64,000 nucleotides of DNA. Origin: an uncultured Bacteroidales bacterium (GTDB lineage: Bacteria; Bacteroidota; Bacteroidia; Bacteroidales; JAADJA01). Every line of letters starts with the position of its first letter. Position 1 is the stretch's first letter. The notes below the pieces were generated by a model. It worked only from the letters and a program-made list of their open reading frames with translations, was not told the DNA's origin and did no database searches. Where the stretch lies: the NCBI GenBank assembly GCA_964421215.1, contig CAYQWA010000014.1:29270-93269 (forward strand). Direction: 5' to 3'. Shown one piece after another: positions 8,574-16,012 of this stretch. The translations under genes and the position numbers were made by a program.

Positions 8574-9719
8574 TTATTTACCCCACTTTTCCATCTCCGA
8601 GTTTAAATAATCCATCTCATATTTTGTGTAGATCTTCGTTGTTTTGATATCAGTATGGCCAAGGATCTTGCTGATCACATCATAATCAATTCCCATTGAC
8701 TTTGAAATAGTCGCAAAAGTGTGCCTGGCACAGTGAAAGCTAATTTTCTTGTTTATTTTGACTTCTTTGATAATATCCTTTAAGTAACGGTTTGTTGGTT
8801 GATCAGTTAAAACATTAAATACAGGTTGATATTCAAATCCTTTCTCCGGAACAAGGTTCTTCGCTTTCTTTGTTAATGGGATATTTACGAACTCTTTTGT
8901 TTTTCCCATTTGTATTGAAATTAAACTTCCTTCTTTGATGTCTTTGAATCGGAGATTTTTAACATCCTGGTATCGAAGTCCGGTATAACAGCTAAACAAA
9001 AAGTATTTCAACACATTTTGCCTGTTTTTCTTTAAAGTTTCTTTCGAATATAACTCTTCCAGTTTACGAAGCTCTTCTACGGAAAGAAATTCACGTTCTC
9101 CAACTATTCTTTTGAGCTTATAGTCATGAATTGGGTTTTCTTCGATAATATTTTGTGCAACAGCTTTGTTTAAGATTTGTTTGATGAAGATTATTGACTT
9201 GACAACTGTGTTTTTATTATTGTTTCGTGTATTGATAAGGTATTGCTCATATCTATAAATAAATCGTAAGTCAATTTCTGAGAATGACAAATCCGATTTG
9301 AATTCTCTCATTTTATTAACCTGATCATTATAGTTTTTGAGGGTTCCTTTGGTTAGCTTTCCATCTAAAAGCTGTATCTGGTCTTGTACAAATTCATAAA
9401 AGGAATCTTTGTTTATATGGTTGGATTCAAATTCCTGCCTAAACCTATCAAAGGTTATTAATTGGTCGGTGATCCGGAAAGTATGAATTATCTTTTGTGC
9501 TTTTAGCCTATAGTGTTCTATTAGGTTGTTTTTATCATCATGATATGGATCTGCCTTAGATATGATTCCTGATTTGAAATGATTGGGATTTGCATAAATA
9601 TTTAATCGAAAATATTTATGTCTTCGATCAATAGTAATTCTAAGAAATATATTCCTGGTTTTGTCCTTCCTGGTATAATCCTTTTGGACAACATTAATTG
9701 TACAATTTGTTTTTGACAT
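8574..9719 (-). CDS. Tyrosine site-specific recombinase (phage-integrase family, Bacteroidota type with N-terminal arm-binding and SAM-like domains)
   Basis: 381-aa ORF. Catalytic signature: YTGLRYQD (Arg), HCARHTFAT (His-x-x-Arg), LGHTDIKTTKIYTKY (His ... Tyr nucleophile). It lies 132 bp from the tRNA-Cys 3' end in the same orientation. Confidence 0.9.
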   Translation of the reverse strand: MSKTNCTINVVQKDYTRKDKTRNIFLRITIDRRHKYFRLNIYANPNHFKSGIISKADPYHDDKNNLIEHYRLKAQKIIHTFRITDQLITFDRFRQEFESNHINKDSFYEFVQDQIQLLDGKLTKGTLKNYNDQVNKMREFKSDLSFSEIDLRFIYRYEQYLINTRNNNKNTVVKSIIFIKQILNKAVAQNIIEENPIHDYKLKRIVGEREFLSVEELRKLEELYSKETLKKNRQNVLKYFLFSCYTGLRYQDVKNLRFKDIKEGSLISIQMGKTKEFVNIPLTKKAKNLVPEKGFEYQPVFNVLTDQPTNRYLKDIIKEVKINKKISFHCARHTFATISKSMGIDYDVISKILGHTDIKTTKIYTKYEMDYLNSEMEKWGK

Positions 9720-9729
9720 TGCTTAAAAA

Positions 9730-9750
9730 TTAGTACACAATTAGTACACA
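9730..9750. repeat. Tandem direct repeat TTAGTACACA x2 (11-bp period) directly upstream of the integrase start
   Basis: ttagtacaca a ttagtacaca occupies 9730-9750, 11 nt from the integrase ATG (9719). On the minus strand it reads AAATGTGTACTAATTGTGTACTAAT. Confidence 0.75.
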
Positions 9751-9811
9751 TTTTGCCAAAAACATTGAAATCTGGAGCTTCAATTATTAGACTTATCCTT
9801 TGCTATAAGCC

Positions 9812-9843
9812 AAAAAATGAGACAATTGTTTCAAAATTGCCTC
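9812..9843 (-). terminator. Rho-independent terminator of tRNA-Cys
   Basis: Minus strand: GAGGCAATT-TTGAAAC-AATTGTCTC (9-bp stem, one G.U pair) followed by ATTTTTT, 8 nt after the tRNA 3' end. Confidence 0.7.
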
Positions 9844-9851
9844 ATTCTCAG

Positions 9852-9923
9852 AGGTCTCGAGCGGATTCGAACCGCTGTAAATGGTTTTGCAGACCACCGC
9901 CTAAGCCACTCGGCCACGAGACC
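9852..9923 (-). tRNA. tRNA-Cys (anticodon GCA)
   Basis: Minus strand: GGTCTCG TG GCC-GAGTGGCTTA-GGC G GTGGT-CTGCAAA-ACCAT TTAC AGCGG-TTCGAAT-CCGCT CGAGACC T. This gives a full 72-nt cloverleaf with anticodon GCA and U73 discriminator (a Cys identity element). CCA is not encoded. Confidence 0.9.
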
Positions 9924-9934
9924 AATTTAAAATG

Positions 9935-9942
9935 CAAAATTA
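9935..9942 (-). promoter_or_regulatory. Candidate Bacteroidota -7 promoter box (TAATTTTG) for tRNA-Cys
   Basis: The minus strand reads TAATTTTGCATTTTAAATT and then the tRNA 5' end. This matches the TAnnTTTG consensus. A second copy, TATTTTTGCATTTT, lies at 9963-9970. Confidence 0.4.
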
Positions 9943-10013
9943 GACGTTTAATCTTCAAAATGCAAAAATATTTCAGCGAAATCATTTTTCGGGTTCTCAT
10001 CTACTCAGGAATT

Positions 10014-10040
10014 GGCCTAGCGGTTTGTAACCGATTAGCC
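10014..10040. repeat. 27-bp near-palindromic element, copy 1 (GGCCTAGCGGTTTGTAACCGATTAGCC)
   Basis: An imperfect palindrome that overlaps the stop codon (10035-10037) of the CWC gene. It is 23/27 identical to copy 2 at 10228-10254. Confidence 0.7.
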
Positions 10041-10301
10041 GTTAATCTGATACCGTGTATATTCTCTCAAACAATCAGGGCATAAACATCCATCAAATTC
10101 CTGCTGGAGCTGCTCCATAGTATCTGCCGGAACATCGTATTCGAAACACCAGCATTTGGAGGAGGTGGAGCAATGGAATTCGTTTCCGCATTTGGGGCAT
10201 TTGCTGTGTTCAACGATCCTACCGATTGGCTTAGCGGTTTTAAACCGCTTAGCCGATGCACCTTTCGAATCGGCTTGCTGGTTATTATTACGATCACTCA
10301 T
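10035..10301 (-). CDS. Cysteine-rich CWC-type small protein
   Basis: The ORF track gives 10035..10316. The likely start is the ATG at 10301 (MSDRNNNQQ...). Cys pattern: KCPKCGNEFHCS...KCWCFEY...GCLCPDCL. The start overlaps the folB stop by 8 nt (ATGAGTGA). Confidence 0.6.
   Translation of the reverse strand: MSDRNNNQQADSKGASAKRFKTAKPIGRIVEHSKCPKCGNEFHCSTSSKCWCFEYDVPADTMEQLQQEFDGCLCPDCLREYTRYQING
10228..10254. repeat. 27-bp near-palindromic element, copy 2 (GGCTTAGCGGTTTTAAACCGCTTAGCC)
   Basis: 24 of 27 positions are self-complementary. It lies inside the CWC coding sequence, where it encodes ...SAKRFKTAKPIG.... Confidence 0.7.
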
Positions 10302-10656
10302 CACCCAGATTATCAAGGGTTACACAAACACTATGCACCCTCCCTCCTACCGGAGGATTTAATTTGGCGACCTTAACTTCAACAAAGGCTATTTGAGGAT
10401 ACGCTTTTAGTACAACATCAATAATTCTTCGTCCAACATGTTCAATCAATTTGGCTTTTATTGCCATTTCCTTTCTGATCAGCTCATACACATCGGCATA
10501 GTTAATGGTTTCCTCAAGATTATCGGAATACTCTGCCTTTGAAGTATCTGTTTCCATAAAAATATCTACCACAAAAGAGTTACCGGTAATTTGCTCTTCC
10601 TTAAAACATCCATGAAATGCATGGAATTCCATTCCTTCGATTGAGATTGTTGACAT
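10294..10656 (-). CDS. folB: Dihydroneopterin aldolase
   Basis: 120-aa ORF. The N-terminus I-E-G-M-E-F-H-A-F-H-G-C-F-K-E-E and the overall size and pattern are typical of FolB. Confidence 0.75.
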   Translation of the reverse strand: MSTISIEGMEFHAFHGCFKEEQITGNSFVVDIFMETDTSKAEYSDNLEETINYADVYELIRKEMAIKAKLIEHVGRRIIDVVLKAYPQIAFVEVKVAKLNPPVGGRVHSVCVTLDNLGDE

Positions 10657-10694
10657 AACTTTAGTTAAATTCCAATGTTCAAAATTCCAAAATC

Positions 10695-10702
10695 CAAACT
10701 TA
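10695..10702 (-). promoter_or_regulatory. Candidate -7 promoter box (TAAGTTTG) upstream of folB
   Basis: The minus strand reads TAAGTTTG about 40 nt upstream of the folB ATG. It matches the Bacteroidota TAnnTTTG consensus. Confidence 0.35.
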
Positions 10703-10746
10703 CAATAGAGAACTATCTCCTAATTGCATATTCTGTTTTTAACCGC

Positions 10747-12273
10747 TTAGCGGGTTATTTTAATTATTGCTGTTTCAATTCTACGATTTACCTCCTCCTT
10801 ACCGAGCAGTGCCATAATATCCATCACCCCAGGGCCCATTCCGGAGCCTACAAGCGCTAATCTTACTGCCGTCATTACCTGGCCCATCCCAAGCTCTTTC
10901 TCTTCAAGGAAGGCTTTAATGGTGCCTTCAATTTGTTCAGCAGAATAATCATTGAGGGTATTAAGTTTACCGGCCAATTCCTGAAGGATCTGAGGAGTAT
11001 GCTCTTTCCAGCGTTTTTTAACCATTTTTGCATCGTAAGAATCCGGTGCAACAAAAAAGAAACAAGCCTGATCCCAGATCTCTTCAACAAAGTTTACCCG
11101 CTCTTTCACCAGGCTCACCACCTTGCTTACAAACTCATCTGATGCCTCGATCCCGTTTTCTTTTAAAACCACCTGGAACAATTGAGCTATTTTTTCATCG
11201 CTCTTTTGCAATAAGTATTGATGGTTGTACCATTTTGCCTTTTCGGGGTCAAACCTGGATCCGGCCTTCCCTACCCTTCCTAAGGTAAAACTTTCAATCA
11301 GTTCATCCATGGAAAAAACTTCCTGCTCAGTACCTGGATTCCATCCTAAAAAAGCAAGGATATTGATGAATGCCTCAGGGAAATAACCCGACTCGAGGTA
11401 ACCCGAGGAAACTTCTCCTGTTGCTGGATTTTTCCACTCCATTGGAAATACCGGAAATCCCAGGCGGTCACCGTCACGCTTGCTGAGCTTCCCTTTGCCA
11501 TCCGGTTTTAGGGTTAATGGCATATGAGCGAATTCAGGAGCTTCCCACTTAAATGCATTGTATAATAGGATGTGCAACGGCAGGGAGGGCAGCCATTCTT
11601 CACCCCTGATCACATGGGAGATCTCCATTAAATGGTCATCCACCACATTGGCTAGATGGTATGTTGGCATCCCATCCGACTTAAAAAGCACTTTATCATC
11701 CAGTGTAAAGGTATTTACTGAAACTGCACCCCGGATAATGTCATTGAAGTTCACTAACTCATTTTCCGGCATTTTGTACCGGATCACATAAGGCTCACCC
11801 GATTCGATCTTTGTTTTTACTTCTTGCACGGATAAGGCGATTGAATTTTTCATACTTTCCCGTGAAGAAGCGCTATAACTTGTATTGGATGCCTTTTCTG
11901 CTTCCAGTCTTTTACGAAGTTCGTCCAGTTCTTCTGCTGTATCAAAAGCATAGTAAGCATGCCCTGATTGGATCAGTTCCTCAGCATATTGTTTATATAT
12001 TTCTTTGCGTTCTGATTGCCGGTAAGGCTCATGTGGGCCTCCTTTGTGAACACCTTCATCGAATTCAATTCCACACCATTCCAGCGATTTCAGGATGTAT
12101 TCCTCTGCCCCTTCCACAAATCGGTTTTGATCCGTATCTTCTATTCTAAGTATCATTTTGCCCTTGTTTTTCCTGGCAAAAAGGTAGTTGTACAAGGCTG
12201 TTCTAACACCTCCAATGTGCAACGGACCTGTCGGAGATGGCGCAAAACGAACACGAATTTCTTTATTACTCAT
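10747..12273 (-). CDS. gltX: Glutamate--tRNA ligase
   Basis: 508-aa ORF. It has the class I HIGH motif ([17 protein letters not shown]) and KMSKS-type motif (GKLSKRDG), with typical GltX length. Confidence 0.9.
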   Translation of the reverse strand: MSNKEIRVRFAPSPTGPLHIGGVRTALYNYLFARKNKGKMILRIEDTDQNRFVEGAEEYILKSLEWCGIEFDEGVHKGGPHEPYRQSERKEIYKQYAEELIQSGHAYYAFDTAEELDELRKRLEAEKASNTSYSASSRESMKNSIALSVQEVKTKIESGEPYVIRYKMPENELVNFNDIIRGAVSVNTFTLDDKVLFKSDGMPTYHLANVVDDHLMEISHVIRGEEWLPSLPLHILLYNAFKWEAPEFAHMPLTLKPDGKGKLSKRDGDRLGFPVFPMEWKNPATGEVSSGYLESGYFPEAFINILAFLGWNPGTEQEVFSMDELIESFTLGRVGKAGSRFDPEKAKWYNHQYLLQKSDEKIAQLFQVVLKENGIEASDEFVSKVVSLVKERVNFVEEIWDQACFFFVAPDSYDAKMVKKRWKEHTPQILQELAGKLNTLNDYSAEQIEGTIKAFLEEKELGMGQVMTAVRLALVGSGMGPGVMDIMALLGKEEVNRRIETAIIKITR

Positions 12274-12293
12274 TTTGAATTAATTTTAGGCCG

Positions 12294-12301
12294 CAAAGAT
12301 A
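12294..12301 (-). promoter_or_regulatory. Candidate -7 promoter box (TATCTTTG) upstream of gltX
   Basis: The minus strand reads TATCTTTG 20 nt upstream of the gltX ATG. It matches TAnnTTTG. Confidence 0.35.
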
Positions 12302-12437
12302 ATCTGAATTATTCACACGGTCAAAGTACCTGTCAGTGAAATGAATTGAAATTTTTATTGCTAGAAAAGCAATATTCAAGGCAACTTTAAGTTTAAAAAA
12401 GCACTCTTTAATCCAACATCGTAATTATTCAACTTAT

Positions 12438-13379
12438 ATGATTTTATTCAGACGTCAAAATGTATTTCTCTTCATTTTTTCGGTTTCACTTTTGTTTTCG
12501 TGTACCAAGATCCTGGATGACGAGCTACCACAAAAGGAGCCCAAGCTTGTTATCAACGGGATCATTAATCCTGACAGCGTATTCAAAATTAATATCAGCC
12601 AAAGCTACCATGTATTTGAGAATGAAGGCAGCAACAACCTTCCATTTATTCAGGGGGCATCTGCAAAATTGTATAAGGGTAGCCAGTTTCTTTTTGATCT
12701 TGAAGAAGAGGAAAATGGCTATTACGCAGCTCCAGGATTTTTTCCGGAACTTAACCAATCCTACAAAGTTGAGGTGGCGAAATCCGGTTTTCCTTCCGTT
12801 CAGGCCACTACTTCCATACCTGATCCTGTACCTATTTTAAGTTTTGATACCAGCATGGTATGGGATGGAGATGAGTATTATACATTCCTTAGTTTTTCAG
12901 GTGTATTAAAATACAAGGATCCTCCAGGTGAAGAAAACTTCTACCGGCTCGATTGTTTCCAAACATTTTTCGATGAAACAGGACAACCAATAACATACCG
13001 CCAATTTATTGATGTGGAGGACAGTGATGATTATTTTTATGATAAATCGGAGGAATACCTCGTTTGGAATGATCTGCTTACCAACGGGGATGAAGTGACT
13101 ATAAACTTTAATATCTTTTTCGATCACTACTACATTGACTACGGCCAGGGAATAACAGACACAAGTACAGTCATCTACTCAATAAGTTTCAGCTCATTAA
13201 ACGAAGATTTTTATAAATACGATAAATCAAGAAGCCAGTATTTCGAATCAGGGGGAACGGATAATCCGTTTTCCGAACCCGTATTGATCTATTCCAACAT
13301 AGAAAACGGCTATGGTGTTTTTGGTGGATTCAGCGGTGATACGGTTTCTTTTGAGTACAGTTATGAAGTTGGATACTAA
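12438..13379 (+). CDS. DUF4249-like lipoprotein (partner of the following TonB-dependent receptor)
   Basis: 313-aa ORF with a lipoprotein signal (LLFSC). It is beta-rich and has the C-terminal IENGYGVFGG motif that I associate with DUF4249. It ends 3 nt before the receptor ORF. Confidence 0.55.
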   Translation: MILFRRQNVFLFIFSVSLLFSCTKILDDELPQKEPKLVINGIINPDSVFKINISQSYHVFENEGSNNLPFIQGASAKLYKGSQFLFDLEEEENGYYAAPGFFPELNQSYKVEVAKSGFPSVQATTSIPDPVPILSFDTSMVWDGDEYYTFLSFSGVLKYKDPPGEENFYRLDCFQTFFDETGQPITYRQFIDVEDSDDYFYDKSEEYLVWNDLLTNGDEVTINFNIFFDHYYIDYGQGITDTSTVIYSISFSSLNEDFYKYDKSRSQYFESGGTDNPFSEPVLIYSNIENGYGVFGGFSGDTVSFEYSYEVGY

Positions 13380-13382
13380 TGC

Positions 13383-15851
13383 ATGAATGTTGAGCGAAGT
13401 GAGATGAAAAATTGCCGGATTATAACTTTAAAAGGTGTAATGACAAAATTGATTTATAGAATCCTAATGCCATTCCTGCTGGTGATGTTGCCACTGGTTT
13501 CTGTTTCACAGAATGTTACCATTTCAGGATACATTGAAGACCAGGCAAGTGGTGAAAAACTACTTGGGGCCAATGTGTTTAACGGTAAAACCTACCAGGG
13601 CACAACAACCAACAATTATGGTTTTTACAGCTTTACCCAGGGAACTGGTGAAATGGCCCTCAGGTATTCGTTTGTGGGTTATCAAACCATTGAGATCAAC
13701 CTCGATTTATCCCGGGATACAACCATTAATGTTGCCTTAAAGCCTTCCGTTGAATTAGAGGAGGTTGTTGTGGAGGGCAACAGAATAGAAAACTCGGTTA
13801 AAAGTTCTCAAATGAGTGTAACGGAATTGCCCATACAGGTTGTGAAATCGCTGCCTGTTTTTATGGGTGAGATCGATATTATTAAAACCATACAATTGTT
13901 ACCCGGAGTACAATCCGGAAGTGAGGGAACAAGCGGATTGTATGTCAGGGGAGGAGGTCCGGATCAAAATTTAATCCTGCTTGATGGGGTACCTGTATAC
14001 AATGCCAATCACCTGTTCGGGTTCTTTTCCGTATTTAACGCTGATGCATTGAACACGGTAAAGCTTGTTAAAGGTGGATTTCCGGCAAGGTATGGCGGAA
14101 GGCTGTCTTCTGTACTGGACATCCGGATGAAAGAGGGTAATTCCAAAGAATTTCATGGGGAAGGATCCGTTGGCTTAATTGCCACAAAACTAACCCTTGA
14201 AGGGCCCATCGTAAAGGACCAAACCTCCTTTATAGTATCCGGCAGAAGAACATACATTGATATTCTTGCACAACCCTTTATAAGGTTAGCCAATAAACAA
14301 GAAGGGTATAAGACCAATGGCGGCTATTACTTTTATGACCTCAACGCAAAAGTCAATCATAAATTTTCCGATAAAAGCCGGTTGTATTTGAGTTCTTATA
14401 TGGGTAACGATAAAGCCTATGCAAAAGACGAATATACGGGTGGGCAGTATTATGACAAGAATAAATTTGGTTTACGTTGGGGAAACATTACAACATCACT
14501 TCGCTGGAACTACATGTTCAACAACAAGTTGTTTGCCAATGCCAGGGCCTCTTACAGCAGGTACAAGTTTATTGTAAGTGAACAATTCAAATACGAAGAC
14601 GATGATTTTAAAGAGGATTTTCAATTTGAATATTTTTCCGGAATTGATGACGTTGCCGGAAGTATTGATTTTGATTACGTTCCCAACACTTCGCATTATA
14701 TTCGGTTCGGAGCCAGCAACATTTACCACACCTTTAATCCGGGTGTAAATGCTTATTCTGTTTCCACTGAAGACTCTTTCAACAACGATATCGATACTAC
14801 CTTTGGAAATACCAAAATCTTTGCCCACGAAATTGATGTTTACATCGAAGATGACATTAATATCAGAACAAGATTCAAAACGAACATTGGTTTACATTTG
14901 TCAGGTTTTAAAGTTGGTGATAAATTCTATACATCCGTCCAGCCGAGGATTTCAGCCAGGTATTTGATTTCAGAAAAATGGTCGGTTAAGGCGTCATATG
15001 CTAAAATGAGCCAGTACATACATCTGTTGTCCAATACTTCCATTGGCCTTCCAACCGATTTATGGGTGCCGGTTACTGAAAATATAGAGCCTATGGAATC
15101 GGACCAGGTAGCTATAGGCTCTGTTTACAACATTAATGAAAGCTATGAGGTACAGGTTGAAGGATTTTATAAATGGATGCACAACCTGATCACTTATAAA
15201 CCCGGAGCAAACTATTTCAGTGCAAATGATACATGGCAAAGCCTGATTACAACAGGCGATGGATGGAGTTATGGGGCAGAGTTCTTGTTTAAAAAGAACC
15301 TTGGACAGGTAACTGGATGGGTCGGATATACCCTGTCCTGGTCGGAGCGACAGTTTGATGAGGTTGGCGAAGAAAGATATCCGTACAGGTATGACCGCCG
15401 CCATGATGTTTCAGTGGTGGTTTCCTGGAAGAAAAATGAAAAGTTTGATATCGGAGCTGCCTGGGTTTACGGTTCTGGCAACGCTGTTACCCTTCCTTTT
15501 GATAAATACCTGTCCCTGGATAATTATAATAATTACCTCGGTTATGGTGGTGGATATTACTATATCAGTGAACTACCCTACATCGAAAATGTAGAGAACA
15601 GGAACAATTACCGCCTGCCTGCCTACCACAGACTGGACCTTGGATTCAATTTTCATAAAAAGCTTAAATGGGGAGAACGAACCTGGAGTGTTGGTATTTA
15701 CAATGCCTATTTCAGGCAAAATGCCTTTTTTGTTTATATCGATAACCAGTACGACTATTATTCAAGCTCAACCAATCCTCCTGATAAAGTATTGAAACAG
15801 GTAAGCTTATTTCCTGGAATTCCCTATATAAACTACAGCTTTAGATTTTAA
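13383..15851 (+). CDS. TonB-dependent receptor with N-terminal CarboxypepD_reg-like domain
   Basis: 822-aa ORF. The more likely start is the ATG at 13440, which gives signal peptide MTKLIYRILMPFLLVMLPLVSVSQ. It has the VTISGYIEDQASGEKLLGANVF carboxypeptidase-regulatory fold motif, a plug region (GLYVRGGGPDQNLILLDG) and a C-terminal aromatic residue (…NYSFRF). Confidence 0.85.
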   Translation: MNVERSEMKNCRIITLKGVMTKLIYRILMPFLLVMLPLVSVSQNVTISGYIEDQASGEKLLGANVFNGKTYQGTTTNNYGFYSFTQGTGEMALRYSFVGYQTIEINLDLSRDTTINVALKPSVELEEVVVEGNRIENSVKSSQMSVTELPIQVVKSLPVFMGEIDIIKTIQLLPGVQSGSEGTSGLYVRGGGPDQNLILLDGVPVYNANHLFGFFSVFNADALNTVKLVKGGFPARYGGRLSSVLDIRMKEGNSKEFHGEGSVGLIATKLTLEGPIVKDQTSFIVSGRRTYIDILAQPFIRLANKQEGYKTNGGYYFYDLNAKVNHKFSDKSRLYLSSYMGNDKAYAKDEYTGGQYYDKNKFGLRWGNITTSLRWNYMFNNKLFANARASYSRYKFIVSEQFKYEDDDFKEDFQFEYFSGIDDVAGSIDFDYVPNTSHYIRFGASNIYHTFNPGVNAYSVSTEDSFNNDIDTTFGNTKIFAHEIDVYIEDDINIRTRFKTNIGLHLSGFKVGDKFYTSVQPRISARYLISEKWSVKASYAKMSQYIHLLSNTSIGLPTDLWVPVTENIEPMESDQVAIGSVYNINESYEVQVEGFYKWMHNLITYKPGANYFSANDTWQSLITTGDGWSYGAEFLFKKNLGQVTGWVGYTLSWSERQFDEVGEERYPYRYDRRHDVSVVVSWKKNEKFDIGAAWVYGSGNAVTLPFDKYLSLDNYNNYLGYGGGYYYISELPYIENVENRNNYRLPAYHRLDLGFNFHKKLKWGERTWSVGIYNAYFRQNAFFVYIDNQYDYYSSSTNPPDKVLKQVSLFPGIPYINYSFRF

Positions 15852-15882
15852 AGGGGTGGATAACCGTAAAGTCCGTTTTAAA

Positions 15883-15989
15883 TGGTTCACGCAAAGAATA
15901 CAAAGTTAAACAAAGGTCGCAAAGTATAAAATCTGAAATATTATCTTTTGCGCTCTTTGCACTTTACTTAGCGCCCTTTGCGTGAAACA
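15883..15989. repeat. ~107-bp imperfect palindromic element rich in CAAAG/CTTTG, with termini TGGTTCACG ... CGTGAAACA
   Basis: Left arm: tggttcacgCAAAGaataCAAAGttaaaCAAAGgtcgCAAAGt. Right arm: cttttgcgctCTTTGcaCTTTacttagcgccCTTTGcgtgaaaca. It sits between convergent genes and probably acts as a bidirectional terminator-like hairpin. Confidence 0.7.
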
Positions 15990-16012
15990 TAATATTAATC
16001 AACATCTTAGTA

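Noticed and set aside
9753-10085. 110-aa plus-strand ORF
   Set aside because: It runs straight across the tRNA-Cys gene, its terminator and its promoter region, and it overlaps the CWC gene end. It has no coding features.
10741-10756. AACCGCTTAGCGGGTT as a third full copy of the 27-bp palindromic element
   Set aside because: It shares only an 11-mer with copy 2, which is expected by chance. It is a short hairpin over the gltX stop codon, so I mention it only as a possible relative.
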